DNA of 64,000 nucleotides from Alphaproteobacteria bacterium (GTDB taxonomy: Bacteria > Pseudomonadota > Alphaproteobacteria > CAAHEQ01 > UBA3637). The position numbers were made by a program, and so were the translations under genes. Below are positions 50,531 to 57,896 of the stretch, one piece after another. How positions within the stretch are numbered: the stretch's first letter is position 1; every line of letters starts with the position of its first letter. The notes beneath the pieces are model-generated. The model worked only from the letters and a program-made list of their open reading frames with translations. It had not been told where the DNA came from and searched no databases. Location: positions 17,869-81,868 of the forward strand of contig JAFPYS010000019.1 in NCBI GenBank assembly GCA_017412085.1. Direction: 5' to 3'.

Positions 50531-51555
50531 TTTTGGGTATAGAATCATCTTGTGATGAGACCGCTTGTGCTCTTGTCAACGAAAAGGGTGATGTGCTGTC
50601 GTCCGTTGTTTGGTCGCAGTATGATGAACATAGACGTTTTGGTGGTGTTGTGCCGGAAATTGCAGCACGCGCTCATTTGGAAAAGTGTGACATCCTCATT
50701 CGTGAATGTTTGGATAAAGCCTCTTTAGATTTCAAAGACTTATCTGCTGTTTCCGTAGCCGCTGGGCCAGGTCTTATCGGAGGTGTTTTGGTGGGGGTTA
50801 TGACGGCCAAAGCGATTGCCTTTGCACATAATCTGCCGTTCATCGCCGTCAATCATTTGGAAGGGCATGCATTGGTGGCGCGGTTAAGTAATCCCGTAAA
50901 GTTTCCGTATTTGCTGTTGTTGACCTCGGGTGGGCATTGCCAGATTTTGGAAGTAATGGGGGTCGGCAGATATAAAAAATTAGGGGCAACCATAGATGAT
51001 TCTGCGGGAGAAGCGTTTGATAAAGTGGCGAAAATGCTGGATATTGGCTATCCCGGTGGGCCGAACCTGGAAAAGCGTGCGAAGTTGGGTAATCCCAAGG
51101 CTTTTTCTTTGCCAATTCCCATGAAAGGGCGGGCAGGATGCGATTTTTCTTTCTCGGGCTTAAAGACCGCTGTGCGTTTCCAAATTGAAAAGATGGGCAA
51201 GCTGACGGATAAACAAAAAAATGATATGTGCGCCTCTTTTCAAACGGCGGTGGTGGCACAAATGCAAGATCGTCTGGAACATGCATTAAAAGTTTTCAAA
51301 AAGGATTTTCCTAACGCAAAAGATTTGGTGGTTGGGGGCGGAGTTGCGGCCAATGGTGCTGTGCGTGAGATGTTGGAAAAAGTGGCTGTAAAACACCAGA
51401 TGATTTTCTCGGCGCCTCCGATGAAGTATTGTACAGATAATGGTGTTATGATTGCCTGGGCCGGATTGGAAAGATTGCGTTTGGGACTGACCGATTCTTT
51501 GGACTTTAAAGCACGGCCGAGATGGCCATTGGAAGAACTTGACAGCAAAAAATAA
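50509..51555 (+). CDS. tsaD: tRNA N6-adenosine threonylcarbamoyltransferase TsaD
   Basis: LGIESSCDETACALV, NHLEGHALVARL, LLTSGGHCQILEV, GGGVAANGAVREML. Confidence 0.97.
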   Translation: MAQKKQVILGIESSCDETACALVNEKGDVLSSVVWSQYDEHRRFGGVVPEIAARAHLEKCDILIRECLDKASLDFKDLSAVSVAAGPGLIGGVLVGVMTAKAIAFAHNLPFIAVNHLEGHALVARLSNPVKFPYLLLLTSGGHCQILEVMGVGRYKKLGATIDDSAGEAFDKVAKMLDIGYPGGPNLEKRAKLGNPKAFSLPIPMKGRAGCDFSFSGLKTAVRFQIEKMGKLTDKQKNDMCASFQTAVVAQMQDRLEHALKVFKKDFPNAKDLVVGGGVAANGAVREMLEKVAVKHQMIFSAPPMKYCTDNGVMIAWAGLERLRLGLTDSLDFKARPRWPLEELDSKK

Positions 51556-51592
51556 ATATGCTATATATTCTTTATACAGAAAAGGAGAACGA

Positions 51593-51907
51593 ATGCAACA
51601 AGTAAATGAAGCGAATTTTGACCAAGAAGTTTTGAAAAATGATAAACCTGTTTTAGTTGATTTTTCGGCTGTTTGGTGTGGGTCTTGCCGTCAGATAGCT
51701 CCATTTGTGGATCAGATTGCTGAAGAGATGTCTTCGGACCTGAAAATTGTCCAGGTAGATGTGGATGAGGCGGAACCTTTGGCGGTTAAATATGATATTC
51801 AATCATTGCCGACTTTATTGCTATTTAAAGGGGGCGAGGTTAAGGCAGCACATATCGGTGGCGCGGGCAAATCTGAGCTATTAGATTGGATTAAAGCAAA
51901 TATATAA
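51593..51907 (+). CDS. trxA: Thioredoxin (variant WCGSC active site)
   Basis: VLVDFSAVWCGSCRQIAPFVDQIAEE, IQSLPTLLLFKGGE. RBS AAAAGGAG before ATG 51593. Confidence 0.92.
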   Translation: MQQVNEANFDQEVLKNDKPVLVDFSAVWCGSCRQIAPFVDQIAEEMSSDLKIVQVDVDEAEPLAVKYDIQSLPTLLLFKGGEVKAAHIGGAGKSELLDWIKANI

Positions 51908-51941
51908 GTTAATGAATTAATATATTGAAAAGGAAAGAAAA

Positions 51942-52376
51942 ATGCCAAAATTTTATGTGAAAAAGTTCTATCCAACTGGTGTGACCATAATTGATGAAAA
52001 GACCATTGAAGGAGATCGGAGGTTGGCCGCTGAAGAGTTGCTTGCGGAGAGTACGCGTTGTGCTTTTATTTGTTTTGAACCTAAAGAAGGTCATGGGCAT
52101 ATGAAGGCCTTGACCTATAACCCCAAATATTATCGCAGTCCAGAAGTTGTTACATTGGATGATGCCACAAAAAAACCAGAATGTGTCAAAGTTTTACATC
52201 GTGTGAATCCAAGGCTTCATCGTGCTTTGGTCAAATGCGGTGAAGATTACGTTCCTTTGGCACAAGAAGATGTGGTTTTTGATAAACAGCTAAAGTGTAT
52301 TTGGCCACAAGATCTAGGGGAAAAACAGGTGACGCCCCCAAAGGTTTCTATATTGAATAAGATTCGCGGCAGATAA
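51942..52376 (+). CDS. Hypothetical protein
   Basis: 144 aa with RBS; downstream of trxA; no family recognised. Confidence 0.6.
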   Translation: MPKFYVKKFYPTGVTIIDEKTIEGDRRLAAEELLAESTRCAFICFEPKEGHGHMKALTYNPKYYRSPEVVTLDDATKKPECVKVLHRVNPRLHRALVKCGEDYVPLAQEDVVFDKQLKCIWPQDLGEKQVTPPKVSILNKIRGR

Positions 52377-52391
52377 ATTTAATTCAAATAA

Positions 52392-52424
52392 GCGGGTTCG
52401 GATGATTCTAGAGCCCGTTTTTAT
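52392..52424 (+). terminator. Rho-independent terminator
   Basis: CGGGTTC...GAGCCCG stem (one G-U) followed by TTTTTATT. Confidence 0.75.
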
Positions 52425-52523
52425 TGGCAAAAGTTATTATTTTGTTGTCGTTAAAAATGCTCTCAGGTCAAAATTGTTGGCTAAAATCGACCAGGAGCAG
52501 GGTTCGTCTCGCCGAAAATCGTC

Positions 52524-52688
52524 CTAATTTTGATAAATGGCAGGCCGTTGCAGATAAGCTTTGCACATTTCGACTTCACGATCGGTCATTTGGTTGGGAT
52601 CTTTGTGAAGGCATAAAGTTTGCAAATCGTTTCCGCCGCTGACGCAGGCTGCCAAACCAAGACATAGAGCAATTGTAAAAATTTTCAT
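52524..52688 (-). CDS. Small lipoprotein (54 aa)
   Basis: MKIFTIALCLGLAACVSGGNDLQTLCLHKDPNQMTDREVEMCKAYLQRPAIYQN; lipobox LAAC; RBS AAAGGAT. Confidence 0.7.
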   Translation of the reverse strand: MKIFTIALCLGLAACVSGGNDLQTLCLHKDPNQMTDREVEMCKAYLQRPAIYQN

Positions 52689-52765
52689 TTGAATCCTTTC
52701 GTTTATTTGACGAGAAGTAAGATAAGGATTGCGAAAATCATTTTCAAGCCCAAGATATACACAAT

Positions 52766-52774
52766 TTATCCACA
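52766..52774 (+). promoter_or_regulatory. Perfect-match DnaA box (TTATCCACA)
   Basis: Exact 9-mer TTATCCACA in an AT-rich noncoding region. Confidence 0.5.
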
Positions 52775-52833
52775 AAATACATAACTTATTGAAAATATTA
52801 TAAAATATATTATTCTTGCTTCTAAAATCCGTA

Positions 52834-52861
52834 TGGATACATAATATAAATTATGCGACAA
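52834..52861 (-). other. Candidate dif-like XerC/XerD site
   Basis: Minus strand TTGTCGCATAATTTATATTATGTATCCA. The core CGCATAATTTATATTATGT matches 18/19 of the E. coli dif core as recalled (CGCATAATGTATATTATGT); outer arms diverge. Confidence 0.35.
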
Positions 52862-53025
52862 ATATATTAAGAATAATTTCATAATACTCTATTAAATCAA
52901 TCAGTTATAATTTTTGTCTAAAACAAAAAATGGGGATTTTAGGCGCAATTTAAGTTGTGACAGACTTTTGGCGGGATTGCAAGCCTTTTTCGCTAAACCA
53001 TATCTATAATTCAATGGAGGTTTAA

Positions 53026-53172
53026 ATGAAATATTTATGGTTTATCTTATTTTTATTAACAATGGCATGTGTTGGGATGGGCTATATTCTAAACGATCTG
53101 ATCGACTACCTGTTCCGATCAAACCGCTCTGAGACGCAAATTGTCGTAGAAACACCCGACCTTGAACAATAA
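53026..53172 (+). CDS. Small single-TM protein (48 aa)
   Basis: MKYLWFILFLLTMACVGMGYILNDLIDYLFRSNRSETQIVVETPDLEQ with RBS TGGAGG; not in the ORF track. Confidence 0.55.
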   Translation: MKYLWFILFLLTMACVGMGYILNDLIDYLFRSNRSETQIVVETPDLEQ

Positions 53173-53200
53173 TTTTGATTTTAGGCTCTATCCACCTTGC

Positions 53201-53359
53201 TCAAAGTTGCTTAATTTCGATATTGATTAAATATTCCAGGAATGCTAGCGCTTTCAAGCTGTTTTGCATATGCAAGTTAATTAATAAAGCTTTCAAGATA
53301 TCTAGTTGTGGCAAGAGATATTGTTTAATAGCATTTTGATCAATTTTGTGTTGTTTCAT
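53201..53359 (-). CDS. Small helical protein (52 aa)
   Basis: MKQHKIDQNAIKQYLLPQLDILKALLINLHMQNSLKALAFLEYLINIEIKQL; strong RBS ACAAAAGGAGTAAAAACATG; not in the ORF track. Confidence 0.55.
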   Translation of the reverse strand: MKQHKIDQNAIKQYLLPQLDILKALLINLHMQNSLKALAFLEYLINIEIKQL

Positions 53360-53645
53360 GTTTTTACTCCTTTTGTACACATTTATATACTAAAGCATGT
53401 TTTTATAAAATACAACAAAAAAAAGCAAATAAATTAATTTTATATATTAAAAATTGTATTTTACAAAATAAAATAACAGATTTTAGATTATTTTTTATAT
53501 ATAAAGCAGTATGTTGACTATGGGGGTAAGGAACCGCATTTATCCCCCTCTTCTTGATTCGTTTTTTATTTGAAGAAAAAAGACTTGATTTTTCCACTTT
53601 TTTTAAATAAAATATGATGGTTTTGAACATCCGTTTACTATTCGT

Positions 53646-53735
53646 GGAGAGATGGTCGAGTGGTTTAAGGCACCGGTCTTGAAAACCGGCGTGGGGGTTC
53701 CCCCACCGAGGGTTCGAATCCCTCTCTCTCCGCCA
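53646..53735 (+). tRNA. tRNA-Ser(UGA)
   Basis: Acceptor GGAGAGA/TCTCTCC, anticodon loop CTTGAAA (TGA), long variable arm, GGTTCGAATCC T-loop, encoded CCA. Confidence 0.97.
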
Positions 53736-53745
53736 ATAAAAAAAA

Positions 53746-53770
53746 GCCCCGATTGCTCGGGGCGTTTTGT
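53746..53770. terminator. Rho-independent terminator between tRNA-Ser and the hydrogenase operon
   Basis: GCCCCGA-TTGC-TCGGGGC stem-loop followed by GTTTTGTT and preceded by an A-run. Confidence 0.8.
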
Positions 53771-53784
53771 TGTCACATCGTGGT

Positions 53785-55536
53785 TTATTTATTATAAAGC
53801 GGACGCGCTGTATAATGCGTATGCAGCAACTCCTCTGCCTTTTCTGACAGTGGCTCACCCAAATATTCTTTATACAGTTTTTGAATATCTGGATTTTGAT
53901 GTGAACAACGCACTTTTGCTTTTCGGTCATCATTCATAAGACCAGCCTGGCGTGCTTTACGGACGGCATTTGTCACCCCCAAAGGTTGACCACCACCACC
54001 AACACAACCGCCTGGGCATGCCATGACTTCAATTAAATCATATGGTGTTTTTTCACCATTGGCTTTAGCGCGACGAACTTTTTCCAATACGCTGACAACG
54101 TTTTTAATCCCATGAGCAACAGCCACATGGATTTCATTGCCGGCAATATTCAAAGTCATTTCTTTAGCGCCTTCGTTTAAGTTTGTAATTTGATCAAACT
54201 CAAGGTTTTCAATTTCTTTACCTGTGATGAGATAATGGGCAGTTCTTAAGGCCGCTTCCATAACGCCACCCGAGAAACCGAAGATGGTCCCTGCTCCCGA
54301 ATAAGTGCCAAGTGGAGAGTCAGCCTCTTCATCTGGTAAGGCGTTGAAATCAACACCCATCTGTTTAATCATCCGCACCAATTCGCGGGTCGTCAATGAC
54401 ACATCAATATTCTGAATGCCGTCATGAAACATTTCTTTTGAACGTTTGATTTCCCACTTCTTGGCCGTGCAAGGCATAATGGATACAACAATCATGTCCT
54501 TTGGATCTACACCAATTTTTTCAGCATAATATGTCTTGGCGACAGCACCCAACATCGCTTGAGGAGACTTGGCGGTTGAAAAGTTGTCAATCATATCATG
54601 ATCTACTTTCTCCAAATAATCCACCCAGGCCGGACAGCAACTGGTAATCAATGGTAAACGTTCTGGTTCTTTTGTATAACGCTTTACAAATTCACTGCCC
54701 TCTTCCATAATGGTTAAGTCAGCAGCAAAGTTTGTATCAAAGACAGCCTTAAAGCCCATCCGGCGTAATGCTGCGTAGATTTTTCCTGTTACCAAATCAC
54801 CGCTTTTATAACCGAAAGCTTCACCCAAAGCCACACGTACAGCCGGTGCAATTTGGACGACACAAGTTTTTGTTGTATCTTGTAAATAGTCCCATACTTT
54901 TCCTGTTTCGTCAACTTCAGTGATGGCCCCCGTTGGACAGTGCGCCGAACATTGACCACATTTAATACATGGAGAATCTTCCAAAGGTAAATCACCAGCT
55001 GGCGCCATACGTGTATTAATGCCACGCTTTAAGGAACTTAAAGCATAGACATTCTGCACATTTTGACAAACTTGAACGCAGCGACCACATTGAACACATT
55101 TTCTGGCATCAAGTTGGATACATCCTGTGGAATCATCCACCGGTAATTCTTTTTCGGTTGGAGTAATGTTGTCAAAAGCATCTTTATCCAACGCAAATTC
55201 ACGAGCCAAATCTTGTAATTCACAGTTGCCATTTTTCAGACAGCTTAAGCAATCATTTGGGTGACGAGAAAGAATAAGCTCCACAATTGTCTTGCGGGCC
55301 TTCATGATATCTGGATCGCGCGTAATAACTTGCATGCCCTCGGCTGCTGGAGTGCAGCAAGAGCGGAGCATTCTGCCATTAATCTTGACAATACAAATAC
55401 CACATGCCGCTGTTGCTTCCAAATCTGGATGCTTACACAAAGTTGGCACAATTACCTGTGCTTCACGACAAGCGTCTAAAACACTTGTACCTTCTGGGAC
55501 TTTGACTTCAATTCCATCGATTGTTAACGTAATCAT
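53785..55536 (-). CDS. hndD: [FeFe]-hydrogenase catalytic subunit, HndD/HydA type
   Basis: N-terminal 2Fe-2S and 4Fe-4S domains (CVQCGRCVQVC, CIKCGQCSAHCPTGAI); H-cluster motifs TSCCPAW, MPCTAKKWE, EVMACPGGCVGGGGQP; C-terminal small-subunit domain. Confidence 0.95.
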   Translation of the reverse strand: MITLTIDGIEVKVPEGTSVLDACREAQVIVPTLCKHPDLEATAACGICIVKINGRMLRSCCTPAAEGMQVITRDPDIMKARKTIVELILSRHPNDCLSCLKNGNCELQDLAREFALDKDAFDNITPTEKELPVDDSTGCIQLDARKCVQCGRCVQVCQNVQNVYALSSLKRGINTRMAPAGDLPLEDSPCIKCGQCSAHCPTGAITEVDETGKVWDYLQDTTKTCVVQIAPAVRVALGEAFGYKSGDLVTGKIYAALRRMGFKAVFDTNFAADLTIMEEGSEFVKRYTKEPERLPLITSCCPAWVDYLEKVDHDMIDNFSTAKSPQAMLGAVAKTYYAEKIGVDPKDMIVVSIMPCTAKKWEIKRSKEMFHDGIQNIDVSLTTRELVRMIKQMGVDFNALPDEEADSPLGTYSGAGTIFGFSGGVMEAALRTAHYLITGKEIENLEFDQITNLNEGAKEMTLNIAGNEIHVAVAHGIKNVVSVLEKVRRAKANGEKTPYDLIEVMACPGGCVGGGGQPLGVTNAVRKARQAGLMNDDRKAKVRCSHQNPDIQKLYKEYLGEPLSEKAEELLHTHYTARPLYNK

Positions 55537-55538
55537 TT

Positions 55539-57260
55539 TTAGCATCCTTTCTTTTCATCATCTTTTTTCAAGAGGGCTTCATATTCCTCTGGGAAATACT
55601 TCATAGTGGACAACACCGGGTTTGGAGAAGTTTGACCAAGTCCACACAAAGATCCTTTTTGCATGGCAGATCCAATCTCTTTGATTTTTTCCAAATCTTT
55701 ACGTGTCCCCTCGCCTTTGGCAACTTTAGTTAAAAGCCGCAACATTTGATATCCACCAAGACGGCATGGAGCACATTTGCCACAAGATTCATCCACTGTA
55801 AAGCCTAGATAGAATTTGGCGATTTCAACCATGGAATCATCTTCATCCATAACAATCATACCACCAGATCCCATCATAGAACCAATTTTCTTCAATTCCT
55901 CATAGCAAAGAGGCAGATTCAATTCTTTGGCAGGAATCACACCACCGGATGGACCACCAGTTTGTACAGCCTTAAATGGCTTGCCTGTGGAGGTGCCACC
56001 ACCCACTTCTTCCACCATTTCACGAACTGTTGTTCCCATTGGCACTTCTACAAGGCCGGAGTGTTTCACTTTACCAGTCAAAGCGAACACTTTTGTTCCC
56101 TTACTTGTTTCTGTTCCAACGCTGGAAAACCAATCGGCACCATTTAAAATAATTTGTGGTACGTTAGCCCATGTTTCAACGTTATTGATAATTGTTGGTT
56201 TTTGGAACAATCCTTTTTCCGTTGGGTAAGGTGGACGTGGACGCGGTGTTCCCTTGTTGCCTTCCAATGACATCATCAAGGCAGTTTCTTCACCGCAAAC
56301 AAACGCCCCAGCTCCAATACGTAATTCAGCCATAAAGCTAAAATCTGTACCGAAAATATTCTTACCCAAAATACCGGCACGTTTGGCCTGTTTGATGGCT
56401 AATTCAACACGTTCCAAAGCAAGTGGATATTCCGCACGAACATAAAACCAGCCCGAAGTAGCGCCAGTTGCGTAAGCAGCAATGAGCATTCCCTCCAAAA
56501 CGGCGTGTGCGCCACCACCCAAAATACAAGAATCCATATAAGCACCTGGGTCACCTTCATCACCATTACAGATAATGAATTTTTCGCCATCAACCAAAGG
56601 CGCTTTGGCTAATAATTCCCATTTTTTACCGGTTGGGAAGCCGCCACCACCACGACCACGTAAGCCTGATTTTGTAATTTCATCCAACACTTGCTGCGGC
56701 GTCATTTCAAATAAACATTTAATTAAAGCTTGATAGCCGCCATTGGCCACGTACTCGCCCAAATCTTCTGGATCAGATGAGCCCAGATGTTTCAACACCA
56801 CACGACGTTGTTTTGTGAAAAATGGCAATTCCATGGAGAGCTCTTTTTCTTGTAAATGAGGTGCCAATTTCAATTCGGCTTCTGGTTTACCAAGCAAAGG
56901 CTTTACATGCTGTTCTACAATCAAATGAGCAACATCTGGTGTCATTTCTTTATATAAGAAAGGTTTACGGCCTTTAATTTCAATGCGTGTCATTGGGCCT
57001 GCAGCACACAATCCCATACAGCCCGTCGCCACCAAACGAACTTTTTCTGTTAAACCAGCCGTTTCAAGGGCAGCTTTGAAAGCTTCGTAAACACTTTGTC
57101 CCCCGCCAGAATGGCAACTTGTTGCATTGCAGGTAAAAATGGTTGCTTCATATTTAGCGTTTGTTTCTTCGAAATCTTTGCCCATTTGCAAAAGTTTGTC
57201 TTTTTGCATGCGGCCAACCGCTTTTAATTTCTCAATTTGTTCAGGCGTCATTTCAACCAT
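55539..57260 (-). CDS. hndC: NAD(P)-binding hydrogenase subunit, HndC/NuoF-like with N-terminal thioredoxin-like [2Fe-2S] domain
   Basis: CNATSCHSGGGQ...GCMGLCAAGP; GLRGRGGGGFPTGKKW; CNGDEGDPGAYMD; ESCGKCAPCRLG; start MVEMTPEQ. Confidence 0.94.
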   Translation of the reverse strand: MVEMTPEQIEKLKAVGRMQKDKLLQMGKDFEETNAKYEATIFTCNATSCHSGGGQSVYEAFKAALETAGLTEKVRLVATGCMGLCAAGPMTRIEIKGRKPFLYKEMTPDVAHLIVEQHVKPLLGKPEAELKLAPHLQEKELSMELPFFTKQRRVVLKHLGSSDPEDLGEYVANGGYQALIKCLFEMTPQQVLDEITKSGLRGRGGGGFPTGKKWELLAKAPLVDGEKFIICNGDEGDPGAYMDSCILGGGAHAVLEGMLIAAYATGATSGWFYVRAEYPLALERVELAIKQAKRAGILGKNIFGTDFSFMAELRIGAGAFVCGEETALMMSLEGNKGTPRPRPPYPTEKGLFQKPTIINNVETWANVPQIILNGADWFSSVGTETSKGTKVFALTGKVKHSGLVEVPMGTTVREMVEEVGGGTSTGKPFKAVQTGGPSGGVIPAKELNLPLCYEELKKIGSMMGSGGMIVMDEDDSMVEIAKFYLGFTVDESCGKCAPCRLGGYQMLRLLTKVAKGEGTRKDLEKIKEIGSAMQKGSLCGLGQTSPNPVLSTMKYFPEEYEALLKKDDEKKGC

Positions 57261-57261
57261 C

Positions 57262-57738
57262 TTATTTGCCCTCCTTTGCGCGCCATTCATTGATAATTGT
57301 TTTCACTTTATCGGGCGTCATCTTGCCATAGGTTACCCCATTGATTACCATCACCGGTGCTAAGCCGCAGCAGCCCAAACAACGGACGACTTGAATATAA
57401 AAAAGCCCATCATCGGTTGTTGTACCGGCGGGGACTCCTAATTCTTTCTCCAACTCTTCTAATACGCTGGCGCTGCCTTTAATATGACAAGCGGTTCCAT
57501 CACAAATGGAAATAACATATTTGCCAGGAGCCTTTACTTTAAAATAGTTATAGAATGTTAAACATTCATAGATTTTTGCCATTGGCACGCCCAAAGATTG
57601 TCCAAGGTACAAGGCTTCATCCCAAGGGACATAACCGAACTGACCTTGCAATTCGTGTAATGCCATAATCAAGGAACCGCGCTTACCATTCCATTTGCGG
57701 ATAATGGCGTCAACTTTTTCTTTATTTTCGTCGTTCAT
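57262..57738 (-). CDS. hndA: Hydrogenase [2Fe-2S] subunit, HndA/NuoE-like
   Basis: ALHELQGQFGYVP, ISICDGTACHIKGS, VVRCLGCCGLAPVMVINGVTYGKMTPDKV. Confidence 0.93.
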   Translation of the reverse strand: MNDENKEKVDAIIRKWNGKRGSLIMALHELQGQFGYVPWDEALYLGQSLGVPMAKIYECLTFYNYFKVKAPGKYVISICDGTACHIKGSASVLEELEKELGVPAGTTTDDGLFYIQVVRCLGCCGLAPVMVINGVTYGKMTPDKVKTIINEWRAKEGK

Positions 57739-57840
57739 CTTCATCCTTTCTTTGCAATTGAAATACGTATGCGAGTGAGTCTATAGAAATTTTAAAGGAA
57801 AATCAAGAGAAAAAGTAATCATTTCGCATTATTTTTCTCA

Positions 57841-57857
57841 AGGATAACTTGTATCCT
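57841..57857. repeat. Perfect inverted repeat AGGATA-N5-TATCCT (candidate operator)
   Basis: AGGATAACTTGTATCCT in the divergent hndA / EamA intergenic region; a third half-site AGGAT follows at 57860. Confidence 0.5.
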
Positions 57858-57896
57858 GAAGGATTTACTCTATCTTTATGATAAAAAAGGGGAAAA

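Noticed and set aside
50849-51286. 145-aa minus-strand ORF
   Set aside because: Entirely antisense to tsaD, which has clear conserved motifs; Pro/Ser-rich shadow frame.
52775-52960. AT-rich stretch as a possible CRISPR or tandem repeat array
   Set aside because: No regularly spaced repeats; the similarity is only low-complexity A/T sequence.
53403-53933. 176-aa minus-strand ORF containing YWRRERDSNPRWGNPHAGFQDRCLKPLDHLSTN
   Set aside because: This is the well-known spurious translation of the antisense strand of a tRNA-Ser gene (53646-53735) and its flanks; not a real protein.
53652-53939. 95-aa plus-strand ORF
   Set aside because: Starts inside tRNA-Ser and runs antisense through the hndD 3' end; no RBS.
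53785-57738. Interpretation as NuoEFG of respiratory complex I
   Set aside because: The large subunit carries complete H-cluster motifs L1-L3 and a small-subunit domain, which NuoG lacks; no other nuo genes are adjacent.
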